A DNA stretch of 63,804 bases, filler included, from Anaerolineae bacterium (GTDB lineage Bacteria; Chloroflexota; Anaerolineae; Epilineales; Epilineaceae), in the NCBI GenBank assembly GCA_029262755.1. It is 5 parts of 5 records of this genome, joined end to end, with 100 filler letters (N's around TTAATTAATTAA, not from the genome) between each part and the next. Parts side by side here need not be neighbours in the genome. Positions count along the whole stretch, not along the records: positions 1 to 17,564 come from JAJCYU010000139.1; positions 17,665 to 43,338 come from JAJCYU010000141.1; 3 more parts are not named here. The stretch is one strand, 5' to 3'. Positions 10,861-20,539 of the stretch are shown here, piece by piece. The position numbers were made by a program, and so were the translations under genes. The notes beneath the pieces were generated by a model. The model ran no database searches, had not been told where the DNA came from, and saw nothing but the letters and a program-made list of their open reading frames with translations. Numbering within the stretch: the first letter of the stretch is position 1; the number at the start of each line of letters is the position of its first letter.

Positions 10861-10987
10861 GCCGGCAGGTCCCCCTGACACAGAAACCGCCCAACGACGT
10901 GTCGCGACGTGACGCGAACCGGGCAGCAGCAAACGCGGCGCACGATAGCAATCGTGCGCCGCGTTGCGTTGTCGGCCGGAACTCTGC

Positions 10988-11839
10988 ATGAGCACGAAGC
11001 GATACCTGGCAGTCGGCCACGTCACCCTCGATATCGACGAATCACGGCCGGCCGAGCCAAAGCTGGGCGGAACGGTGGTGTATGCGGCGGGCACGGCGGC
11101 GCGACTCGGTTGGCAGGCGGCTGTCGCAACGCGGTCCACTCAGCGCAACGAATTGGCGTCTCTGTTGCCTGGTGTGGATATCGCCGGTCGGCCCACGCCG
11201 CGTGACACACGCTTCGCCCATTCCTACGACGCCGTGGGCAATCGTAGCCAACGCGTGCTGGACCGGGCGGCGGACATCGGCGTGGCCGACCTGCCGTCGG
11301 CCTGGCTTGATCCGGACGTTCTCCACGTCGGGCCCGTCCTCGACGAGGTGTCGGCCGCGACCGTCGCGGACGTACGGGCCTCGTTCGTCGGCCTCACCGT
11401 TCAGGGGTGGCTGCGCCACGCAGCGCAAGACGGCACGATCCACGTCCGTGCGCAGAGCGTACCGCATGCGATCCTCGCGCGCGCGGACGGCATTGTGCTC
11501 AGCGAGGAAGATTTGGCGCCCGATATGCGCGACTGGCCGCGACGAACCGTGCGCCCCGGAAGGTGGGTGGCCGTTACCGGCGGTATGAACGGAGCCACCC
11601 TCTGGATCGACGAAGCCTGCCTCCACCAGCCCGCGTTCCCCGCGGCCGCCGTCGACCCGACGGGCGCGGGCGACGTATTCGCCGCGATCCTCTTCCTTCG
11701 CATGGCGAGCGGGGCCAGCGCCCGGGAGGCGCTACGGGACGCAGCAGCCGGCGCAGCATGGAGCGTCGAGCATCGTGGACCCGACGGGCTGCCGGACGAA
11801 CGCGCGATACGGGAGGTGTGTGGGCGCGACAACGCGTAG
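10988..11839 (+). CDS. PfkB family carbohydrate kinase
   Basis: VGHVTLD, LGGTVVYAA, VDPTGAGDVFAA. Confidence 0.88.
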   Translation: MSTKRYLAVGHVTLDIDESRPAEPKLGGTVVYAAGTAARLGWQAAVATRSTQRNELASLLPGVDIAGRPTPRDTRFAHSYDAVGNRSQRVLDRAADIGVADLPSAWLDPDVLHVGPVLDEVSAATVADVRASFVGLTVQGWLRHAAQDGTIHVRAQSVPHAILARADGIVLSEEDLAPDMRDWPRRTVRPGRWVAVTGGMNGATLWIDEACLHQPAFPAAAVDPTGAGDVFAAILFLRMASGASAREALRDAAAGAAWSVEHRGPDGLPDERAIREVCGRDNA

Positions 11840-11995
11840 ACGTGGGTTAACGCTAGTGGTGGTCGGCCGAGAGTTAAGGGAACAGCCGCGTCCCGACGAC
11901 CTAGTACGGCCCCTTCCCTTTCGGCTTGGCCGGCCTTGTCGGCCCCGCTATCCTCTCCGCCCTCGTTCCGACACGCCCCGCGGAGACCCCGACGT

Positions 11996-12781
11996 ATGAC
12001 CCATGTACTGGCCATCGTCAACCAAAAGGGTGGCGTCGGCAAGACCACGACGGCCGTCAACCTCGGCGCCGCGCTCGCAGAGGCGGGTCGTCGCACCGTG
12101 GTGCTGGACTGCGATCCGCAGGCCAACGCGACCCGCTCGCTCACCCCGTTGCAGCCGGTCGAGCGCACGATCTATGACGTGCTCGTCGACGGGGTCGCCA
12201 TTGCGGATGCAATGGTGCAGACGCAGGTGGAAGGGCTCGACATCGTCCCCGCCTCGCAAGCGCTCGCCGGTGCCGAGATCGAGCTGGTCAACCTGGCCGG
12301 CCGCGAAGCACGGCTGCGCGATGCGCTCAAGGTATTGAGGCAGACGGGCGATCACGATATCGCCCTCATCGACTGCCCGCCTAGTTTGGGCCTGCTCTCG
12401 GTCAACGCCTTGGTTGCCGCGGACGGAGTCATCGTTCCGGTGCAATGCGAGTACCTGTCCCTGGAAGGTCTTGGGCATCTGGTTCGCACGCTGGAGCTGG
12501 TCCAGAAGCGTCTCAACCAGGATCTAGAGTTGACCGGACTGCTGATGACGATGTTTGATCCGCGCACGAACCTGTCGAGCCAGGTCGTGGAAGAGGTCGG
12601 CCGTCACTTTCCGCGCAAGCGCTTCCACACCGTGATCCCGCGTTCCATTCGCATGGGCGAAGCGCCGAGCTATGGGGAGCCGATCACGAGCTATGCGCCG
12701 CGTTCCCCGGGCGCCTTGGCCTACCGCGCACTCGCAGGCGAGCTGATCGGCCGTCTCGACGCACCGAACGGGCAAGCCTGA
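11996..12781 (+). CDS. parA: Chromosome partitioning ATPase ParA/Soj
   Basis: NQKGGVGKTTT, LIDCPPSLGLL, PVQCEYLSLEGL, EAPSYG. Confidence 0.96.
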   Translation: MTHVLAIVNQKGGVGKTTTAVNLGAALAEAGRRTVVLDCDPQANATRSLTPLQPVERTIYDVLVDGVAIADAMVQTQVEGLDIVPASQALAGAEIELVNLAGREARLRDALKVLRQTGDHDIALIDCPPSLGLLSVNALVAADGVIVPVQCEYLSLEGLGHLVRTLELVQKRLNQDLELTGLLMTMFDPRTNLSSQVVEEVGRHFPRKRFHTVIPRSIRMGEAPSYGEPITSYAPRSPGALAYRALAGELIGRLDAPNGQA

Positions 12782-12862
12782 GCGCTCTGCTAGGACTACG
12801 TCCTTCTTGCAGATGCGGGCACTACCGATTCACCACGATTTCGGACGAAGCGAGGCCATGTC

Positions 12863-13750
12863 ATGACCAAGCAACGACGCGGGCTGGGCCGCGGACTCGA
12901 TGCCCTACTCACCGGCACGGAGTCATCGACCGGTGAAGAGCGGGCCGCGCCGACGGGCACGACACGCACCGTGCCCGTTGCCTCGATTCAGGCGAACCCC
13001 TATCAGCCGCGGAAGGATTTCGACGAGGATCAGCTCGCGGAGCTCGCGGCGTCCATTCGCGTCCACGGCCTGATCCAGCCGCTGATCGTCAAGCCCGAAG
13101 GCGACGGCTGGACCCTCATCGCCGGCGAGCGACGCCTACGGGCCTCGCAGCTGGCGGGACTCGACGAAGTGCCCGTCGTCGAACGCGAGGCCGACCCGCA
13201 GCAGATGTTGGCCGTCGCGATCATCGAGAACGTACAGCGTGCGGACCTCGATCCGCTCGAGTCCGCCACGGCCTATCGACGCCTGATGGATGAGTTCGGC
13301 CTCACGCAAGCGGAGGTCGCAAAGCTGGTAGGCAAGTCGCGCGCGGCCATCGCGAATACCGTACGCTTGCTGGGCCTGTCGGAGGACGTACGCGCCCTCG
13401 TTGCGGCCGGACATTTGAGCGAAGGGCTCGCGCGCCCACTCCTGACACTTCCATCGGACGAAGCACAGCTCGCGATGGCGCAACGCGCAATCCGTGAAGG
13501 CTGGACGGCACGGCAGGTCGAGGCGGCGGTCCGCGCCTTCATGGCGCCCGCCGATGCCGATCCCTCCGAGGCCGTTGGCGCATCGAAGGCCGGCAGTGAC
13601 CCCAATACCGTCGCGGCCGCTCGCGCTCTGGAAGATCATCTGGGCACGCGGGTCGACATTCATCGGAAGGGCGCCGGGGGCTCGGTCGTGGTGCACTTCT
13701 ATTCGGAAGAGGAATTGTCGAGCCTCTATGATCGCCTGATCGGTACGTAG
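12863..13750 (+). CDS. parB: Chromosome partitioning protein ParB/Spo0J
   Basis: RGLGRGLDALL, NPYQPRKDF, IAGERRLRA, ENVQRADL, HTH GKSRAAIANTVRLL. Confidence 0.96.
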   Translation: MTKQRRGLGRGLDALLTGTESSTGEERAAPTGTTRTVPVASIQANPYQPRKDFDEDQLAELAASIRVHGLIQPLIVKPEGDGWTLIAGERRLRASQLAGLDEVPVVEREADPQQMLAVAIIENVQRADLDPLESATAYRRLMDEFGLTQAEVAKLVGKSRAAIANTVRLLGLSEDVRALVAAGHLSEGLARPLLTLPSDEAQLAMAQRAIREGWTARQVEAAVRAFMAPADADPSEAVGASKAGSDPNTVAAARALEDHLGTRVDIHRKGAGGSVVVHFYSEEELSSLYDRLIGT

Positions 13751-13869
13751 GCGGCCCTGCCGAACGCACACCCGGCTACGACACCTGCCCTGCCGAGCGG
13801 TTGTGTTGCGCAAAGCCGGCCCTCCGCGTTGTCTTCCTCTACCGGAATCATCGGCCCGCCGTGAAGGAG

Positions 13870-13885
13870 TGTTTCACGTGAAGCA
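13870..13885. promoter_or_regulatory. parS centromere-like site
   Basis: TGTTTCACGTGAAGCA, 15/16 match to the palindrome TGTTTCACGTGAAACA, 120 bp after parB. Confidence 0.8.
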
Positions 13886-14750
13886 ATCCGAGCACCGGAT
13901 CTGCGACTACGAGGGCAGCCCCTACCGCCGCGTCTTCTGGGAAGAGGCGGATCGAAGCTACGAGGACCAGGCCGAACGTCTTGTTCTTCGCGCTCTTTTG
14001 CCGCAGCAAGGCCGTCGCATCGTGGAAATTGGTGCCGGCTTCGGGCGTCTTGTGGATGAGTATCGAGGCTACGATCAGGTTATCTTGCTCGACTACGCCC
14101 GTAGCATGCTCACCGATGCGCGTGAACGCCTTGGTGACGCCTACACCTATGTGTGCGCGGACCTCTATCGCCTGCCCTTCGCGGACCAATCTCTGGACAC
14201 GGTGACGCAGATCCGCGTCCTGCATCACGTAGAGCATATCGAAGACGCCTTCGATGAGGTCGCACGCAGCCTCTGCGCCGGCGGCTCCTACGTCCTCGAG
14301 TTCGCGAACAAGCGCAATGCGAAGGCGATTGCCCGCAAGCTCACCGGAGCACAGGACACGGATCCCTTCTCCGAAGAGCCTTTGGAATTCGTCGAGTTGA
14401 ATTGGAATTTCCATCCCCGGCACGTTGAACGGGCTCTACGCGCATCGGGCCTGGAACCGCGAGAGCGCCGTGCTGCGTCTCACTTCCGCATCCCCGCCTT
14501 GAAGCGGATGGTGCCGGCAGCGGCGCTCGCCCGCATCGACTCGCTCCTCGGCGCTCCCCTTGCGCCGCTCGCCCCCTCGCCCAGCCAGTTCGTGCGCTCG
14601 GCGCGCCTAACGGGCGGCGCGCTCAACCGCATGCAATGGCGCTGCCTGGCCTGTGGTCACGGGGCATTGAACGAAGAGACGGCAGGTCTGCGCTGCCCCG
14701 AATGCGACCATCTCTGGCCCTTGATCGACGGCGTGTATCAGTTCCGTTGA
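13878..14750 (+). CDS. Class I SAM-dependent methyltransferase with C-terminal Trm112-like zinc ribbon
   Basis: IVEIGAGFGR motif I, DLYRLPFADQSLD; C-terminal CLAC...CPEC..WPLIDGVY; AAGGAG 8 nt before GTG. Confidence 0.85.
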   Translation: MKQSEHRICDYEGSPYRRVFWEEADRSYEDQAERLVLRALLPQQGRRIVEIGAGFGRLVDEYRGYDQVILLDYARSMLTDARERLGDAYTYVCADLYRLPFADQSLDTVTQIRVLHHVEHIEDAFDEVARSLCAGGSYVLEFANKRNAKAIARKLTGAQDTDPFSEEPLEFVELNWNFHPRHVERALRASGLEPRERRAASHFRIPALKRMVPAAALARIDSLLGAPLAPLAPSPSQFVRSARLTGGALNRMQWRCLACGHGALNEETAGLRCPECDHLWPLIDGVYQFR

Positions 14751-14835
14751 TCGACCTCCGGAGTGACGCGTCTTCTACATCTCGTGGCGTTGCGGCCACT
14801 CCCCACACTACATGTTGATTCCACGGGCTAGCCCG

Positions 14836-14864
14836 TTGCTATCGCCTAGGCCCTGACCTATACT
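14836..14864 (+). promoter_or_regulatory. Putative sigma70 promoter of dnaN
   Basis: TTGCTA (14836-14841), 17-nt spacer, TATACT (14859-14864). Confidence 0.6.
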
Positions 14865-14948
14865 CGCCCGGACCGCGCGTGGATCCCGATCCCGCGTCGC
14901 GATCGACCGTCTCGGGCGGGCTACAGCCCCCCGCATGTGGAGGCTGCC

Positions 14949-16085
14949 ATGAAGGTCTCGTGCCCGCAGGACGCCCTGGCGCGCGGTCTCGCCACCGTGC
15001 AACGCGCCGTGGCAACGCGTAGCACGCTGCCGATCCTGTCCAACATCCTGCTCGAAACCGAGGAGGATCGGCTCAAGATGTCGGCCACCAATCTCGAGAT
15101 CGGGATCAGCTGTTGGATCGACGCCACCGTGCGCAGCCCGGGCTCCACCACGGTGCCCGCGCGACTGCTCTCCGACTTCGTCAATTCTCTGCCCGAGGGC
15201 CAAGTCGACATGGACCTCAACGGGCGCAACCACACCCTGAAGCTCAGCTGCGACCGGTACAAGGCGGATATTCGCGGCATCAGCGCCGACGACTTTCCGC
15301 TGCTGCCTACCGTGGACGAAGGCGTGCGCTTCTCTCTCGATCCCATCGAGATGCGCTCGATGATCTCCCAAGCCATCATCTCCTCGGCGCATGATGACGC
15401 GCGCCCCATCTTGACCGGTGTCCTGATGGTTGCCGATCCGGACCTCGGCAAGCTCACGCTCGCCGCCGCGGACGGCTTCCGCTTGTCCGTGCGCGACGGA
15501 GAGCTCGACGCACCGATCGACGGGCGCGTCAGCATCATCATCCCCGCACGTGCCCTGGCCGAGTTGCAGCGCGTCGCCAACGACGAGGATGACCGCATCG
15601 ACGTCGCGATCACGCCCAACCGCAATCAGGTCCTCTTTCAACTGCGGGACGTCGATATCGTTTCGCAGCTGATCGAGGGCAGCTTCCCCGACTACGAAAA
15701 GATCGTGCCGCCGTCCTACACCACACGGGTCGTCGTGAACACGAAGGCGTTGCATTCCGCCGTGCGCATCGCCAGCTTCTTCGCGCGGGACGCGGCCAAC
15801 GTCATCCGGATTCGGATCGACGCCGGCGACGAGCTGGGAGGCACCCTGACCGTCACGGCGCAGGCCGCCGAGATCGGCGGGAACGAGAGCGAGATCGAGG
15901 CATCGGTGGAAGGCGAAGGGCTTGAGGTCGCGTTCAACGCCAAGTACTTGCTCGACGTACTGAACGTCGTCGGCAGCGAACAAGCGGCGTTGGAATTGAG
16001 CGGTGCTTCGAGTCCGGGTGTCATCAAGCCGGTGAACGATACGCCCTTCACGCACGTCATCATGCCGATGCATATCGCGCGTTGA
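14949..16085 (+). CDS. dnaN: DNA polymerase III beta sliding clamp
   Basis: STLPILSNILL, ATNLEIGI, ARPILTGV, AADGFRL, LIEGSFPDY, AFNAKYLLD, VIMPM. Confidence 0.97.
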   Translation: MKVSCPQDALARGLATVQRAVATRSTLPILSNILLETEEDRLKMSATNLEIGISCWIDATVRSPGSTTVPARLLSDFVNSLPEGQVDMDLNGRNHTLKLSCDRYKADIRGISADDFPLLPTVDEGVRFSLDPIEMRSMISQAIISSAHDDARPILTGVLMVADPDLGKLTLAAADGFRLSVRDGELDAPIDGRVSIIIPARALAELQRVANDEDDRIDVAITPNRNQVLFQLRDVDIVSQLIEGSFPDYEKIVPPSYTTRVVVNTKALHSAVRIASFFARDAANVIRIRIDAGDELGGTLTVTAQAAEIGGNESEIEASVEGEGLEVAFNAKYLLDVLNVVGSEQAALELSGASSPGVIKPVNDTPFTHVIMPMHIAR

Positions 16086-16157
16086 CGTCGAGCGGCGCGA
16101 TGTCCCTTGTGCCTCGATTGTCGCGGTGACCACCGCCCAACCCTATAATCGCCGGCC

Positions 16158-17462
16158 GTGTACCTCCGACGGCTGACCCTAGAGCACTTTCGCTGCTACG
16201 CGCGGCTCGACCTCACGCTTCCGTGTGAGACCGTGGTCATCGCGGGCCCCAACGCGCAGGGAAAAACGAGCCTCCTCGAGGCCGCGTATTTGCTCGCGAC
16301 CACGCGCGCCCCGTACAGCGTTCCCGACCGCCAGCTGATCCGGTGGGCCGCGCTGGAGGAAGAGGTCCTGCCCTTCGCCCGGGTCCGCGGCGAGATCGCC
16401 ATGGCGTCCGGTAGCCGTACCATCGAGATCCTTACCCTCCGTCAGCCAGGGGAGGGCCGAGAGCAGGTCACGAAGCGCGCGCGTGTCGATGAGGTGCCGC
16501 GGCGCGCGATGGACGTCCTCGGCCAACTCAATGTGGTCCTCTTCACACCCCGCGACGTCGAGATCGTGGCGGGCGGCCCGGTCGAACGGCGCCGCTACCT
16601 GGACGGCCTTCTCTGCCAGGTGGATCGCCACTACTGCCGCACGCTCGCCCGCTACAACCGGATCCTCGGTCAGCGGAACCATCTCCTGCGCGGTCTTCGA
16701 GATCGCCGCGGAGAACGCGGCGGGCAACGCGAAGAACTGGCCGTATGGGATACGCGCCTCGCCGAAGACGGTGCTCACCTGCTGCTGCGCCGGCATGCGC
16801 TGCTCGCGCGTCTCGAGCCCATCGTCTCCGAGATCCACGCCTCGCTCGCCGGTGAGCCCTTGGTCACCCGCTATCACGACAGCCTCTCGGAGGCTGAACC
16901 CACCCCGTCCCCCGAGGACCGACAACCCGACACCGGCGATCCGCTGCCGCCCGGAGTCGCCCCGGTCTCCGCCACGGCACCGTCCGCCAAGGAGCAATCA
17001 GCCCGCTTCGAAGCGGTCCTTCGTGCCCGACATGACGAGGAGATTCGGCGCGGACAAACCGCCGTCGGGCCACACCGCGACGACCTCTCGTTCACGGTGA
17101 ACGACGTCGACATGCGCAGCTACGGCTCGCGGGGCCAGCAGCGAACCGTCACCCTCGCACTGAAGCTCGCCGAAGCACGGTTGATGTGGACCCTTACCGG
17201 CGAGCGCCCCGTCCTCTTGCTGGACGACGTCCTCGGCGAGCTCGACGGGCAACGCCGGGCGCAGCTGCTCGCCCACATCGACGGGCGACAGCAGGTGCTG
17301 GTCACCACGACGGACGCCGATACGCTCCCACCCGACTTCGCGGGCGACGCCCTCGTCCTCCACGTGCTCGACGGCGCGATCCAACGCGCGACCCGCGGCG
17401 GCGTTGCGGTCACGGTGCCGACGCACGATGGCTCCTCCCCCGAAGCCGTGCCCGCCGGCTGA
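16158..17462 (+). CDS. recF: DNA replication/repair protein RecF
   Basis: GPNAQGKTSLLEA, GPHRDD, GSRGQQR, VLLLDDVLGELD. Confidence 0.95.
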   Translation: MYLRRLTLEHFRCYARLDLTLPCETVVIAGPNAQGKTSLLEAAYLLATTRAPYSVPDRQLIRWAALEEEVLPFARVRGEIAMASGSRTIEILTLRQPGEGREQVTKRARVDEVPRRAMDVLGQLNVVLFTPRDVEIVAGGPVERRRYLDGLLCQVDRHYCRTLARYNRILGQRNHLLRGLRDRRGERGGQREELAVWDTRLAEDGAHLLLRRHALLARLEPIVSEIHASLAGEPLVTRYHDSLSEAEPTPSPEDRQPDTGDPLPPGVAPVSATAPSAKEQSARFEAVLRARHDEEIRRGQTAVGPHRDDLSFTVNDVDMRSYGSRGQQRTVTLALKLAEARLMWTLTGERPVLLLDDVLGELDGQRRAQLLAHIDGRQQVLVTTTDADTLPPDFAGDALVLHVLDGAIQRATRGGVAVTVPTHDGSSPEAVPAG

Positions 17463-17564
17463 GCTACAACGCCGGCAACGACGCCGGCTACGTCCGCCAG
17501 CCTCGCGACCGGCTGTCCGAGGCACACTTCGAGCCACCCATCCGGCGAGAGCTTCGACGGCTTC

Positions 17565-17664
17565 NNNNNNNNNNNNNNNNNNNNNNNNNNNNNNNNNNNN
17601 NNNNNNNNTTAATTAATTAANNNNNNNNNNNNNNNNNNNNNNNNNNNNNNNNNNNNNNNNNNNN
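17565..17664. other. Artificial contig linker (N44-TTAATTAATTAA-N44)
   Basis: N runs flanking a six-frame stop linker. Confidence 0.99.
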
Positions 17665-19875
17665 CGGAACCTCCGTCGGCATCGGCGTCGGCGTTGCGGG
17701 TGCCTCCGTCGGTGCGGGCGGCTCGGTCGGTGCGGGCGGCTCCGGGGTCGCGCTCGGGCCCGGCGCAGGCTCCATCGTGATGGTCACCGTAGCCGTCGCC
17801 GTCACGATGGCCGTCGGCAACGGCGGTGCGGCCGTATGCGTCGCGGTCGGGACGATACCCGGCTCGACCGTGGCCGTCGGCGGCACTGTAGGCTCTTCGG
17901 TCGGCGGCGTATCCGGACCGTGCTGGCCTTCCCGCCACGCGTAGACCTGCACGCGGCTGTTGCCCGAGTCGGCGACGGCGACCTGTCCATCCGCCGCTAC
18001 GCCGATCCCGCGCGGCAGCCACATCCGTCCCTCGGAGGCGCCCGGCCCATCCGCCAAGGTGCTGACCATGTGCTTCTCCAGCGCCGTGCCCGGCTCCGGG
18101 TGGCTGTAGACCGCCAGGCGAGCGTGGGCCCGGCCGTCGCTCTCGAGCACGTATAGGAATTGCGCGTCGGCGGATAGCGCAACCGGATTCCAAAGCGCGC
18201 CGCGCTCAGCATCTTCCGGCGTGGCGGCGCCCGTCCAGTAGCCAATGAGTCCGCCCGTGGGCGTGAAGGCCTGTACGCGCGACTGGTTGCGCTCTAGGGA
18301 GTACACCCGCGTGCCCTCGCCCTCGATATCCGCAACCGCGACGGCGACGGGATAGCGCAGCTCGCCCGGCGCGTCGCCGGCTTCGCCGACGAGGTTTAGC
18401 ACCGCGCCGTCCGGCGCGCGGCGCACAATGCGGCTATTCAAGCTGTCCGCGATGTAGACCTGCCCCGACGGCGAGACGGCGACATCGACCGGCGTGTCGA
18501 AGCCGCCCTGATGCTTGACCGCCTCGTCCTCGCCCCATCGATCCAAGGGTGTGCCGTCAGCGCTGACGACGAAGACGGCGTGCTGGCTGGGATCCGCGAT
18601 AAAGATTCGTGCGTCGTCCGGCTTCGGCCCGCTGCGGTGCACGGCCAATCCGGCCGGCTGCGCAAGGGGCGCGCCGGACTGATACAAGCCGCCCACGCGC
18701 ACGCGCGCCTGGCCGGAGATGGGGTCCAGCAGGAGGACACGCCCAAGCGCCGCATCGGACACGGCGAGGAAGTGCGGGTCCACCGCGACGTCAACCGGCA
18801 GATCAAAGTGATCGTCGCCCCGACCGCGCAACCCGAATGGACGGGCTTGGGCCGCGGCGTTGACCAGCCAAAGCGCGAACTGCGGCTCGCGCGGATCCGC
18901 GACGACCGCCGTATCTTCGTCGACGATCGCGACCCCAAGTTGGGGATACGAGCCGCCTCGTGCAACGCTCGCGCCGCGCAAATCCCGCGTCCACGAGAGG
19001 CGCCGGCTGGGCTCGAAGCGCGCAACACGCGGCTGCATGCCCTCGGGTCGGTAGTCGGCGATGACAAAGCTGCCGTCCGCGCCGACCGCGATGCCGGCCG
19101 GTCGGTAGAGGCGATGATCGCCCCCGCCTTCGAAGGCGCCGCGCGCATTGCCGTCCGCGGAGAATCGTTGGATGCGGTGGTTGTCGTGATCGGCAACCCA
19201 GATCTCACCGTCCGGACCGATGTCGAGATCGGTCGGGCGGAGCAACTGGCCGAGCTCGCTGCCTGCGCCACCAAAGGTGCGTAGCCACGTGCCCACCGGA
19301 TCGAAGACCTGCACGACATGACGGTCCTGGTCGGCGACGTAGACGCGCCCCCCACGATCGACGGCGACGGCGACGGGCGCCTCGAATAGACCATCGCCGT
19401 TACCGCGACCACCCCATGACTCGGCGAAGCAAGACTGGAGTTGCTGCGGAATGTAGCACAGCGGTGACGGCCGGAAGCGCAAGACGCGACGATGACCGGT
19501 GTCCACAACGTACACCGATCGTCCGTCCGAGGACACCGCGACATCGCTCGGCTGCCAGAACTCGCCGGCGCCGGCGCCGCGCCCGCCGAAGGAGCCAAGC
19601 GGCACGCCCGCGGCCGTGAAGACCTGGATGCGTGCGTGGGCCGAATCGACCGCGTAGATGGTTCCGTCCGCCTTCGAGACAGCGACGCCGCGCGGATCGT
19701 TGAGCATCCCGGCTGGCGGGGCCCCCACGACCACGCGGAAACTACCATCCGGGGCGGCCAACACCGGCGTCATGACCGCCACCGTGATGAGCACGGACAA
19801 CGCCACGGTGAGCAGGTTCCGCGAAGCGGGCCCACGCGACCACCACCGGTTGTTTGTTCCTACTGCTTGGGGCAT
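17665..19875 (-). CDS. Secreted NHL-repeat (beta-propeller) protein with Pro/Thr-rich tail, 3' truncated by gap
   Basis: Hydrophobic signal; repeats such as F..P.DVAVS.DG.VYV.D.G..RVQVF; PTATPEP-rich end. Confidence 0.88.
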
Positions 19876-20539
19876 CGAGATTGGCTCAGTCGCGCATGCG
19901 CGGGGCAAGAACAGCTTGGATCGCGGCTGAATCGGACAGAGCGCCGTTCAGGCCATGGGGTCTCGGGCAGGCCGTGCAGTTTCGGGGTCCGCGTGGAAAG
20001 ACGTCGAGACGCACGATCCGGATACGGTCAACGTTGGGGTCAACGTTTGGGGCGACAGATCCGGTGATTACAACCCTGGCATTATACGGTCGGAGGAGGG
20101 GGGCTGTCCAGCGATTGATGCGTCTCCAAGTCGAAGCCGGGAGGCCTTCGGTAGCGCAGGCGAACGCCGCCGAATCCTTGACGCTGATAGGCTCGCTACC
20201 GTAGGATCGCGCGCCGTGTATCGGTGGTTTCGCGGACTCGACTTCATCCTGCGCATGCCCGACCAACCAATCGTGCAGTGAAGGCGCGGGACTCGATCGC
20301 CCCAACCAATCGTGGTGCGAAGCATGCCCGAATTCAAAAATGACCCCCCTTCCGGAGGTCGAGCGGCCCCGATTGCAAAGAGGGCACCCAGCCACAGGCG
20401 CAGTAATGCAGCCGAATCGGGTTGCGCCTCCCACGGATTGGCCTCATGACGCGCCTGAATGACGCATCCGTTATCGAGGCGTTGCGGGCTTTGATACCAC
20501 CGCCGAGAAGGGTTGAGGCTCTCATTGGGGGAGTCACAG

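Noticed and set aside
11173..11181. DnaA-box-like TGTGGATAT as oriC evidence
   Set aside because: Single mismatched box within a CDS; no cluster or AT-rich unwinding element
17463..17564. Possible gene end after recF
   Set aside because: Too short before the gap to call
17565..17664. TTAATTAATTAA flanked by Ns, four times, as a biological repeat
   Set aside because: Standard artificial six-frame-stop contig linker; cross-gap adjacency is uninformative
19886..20434. Short ORFs in the NHL-TPR intergenic region
   Set aside because: No RBS, motifs or typical codon pattern
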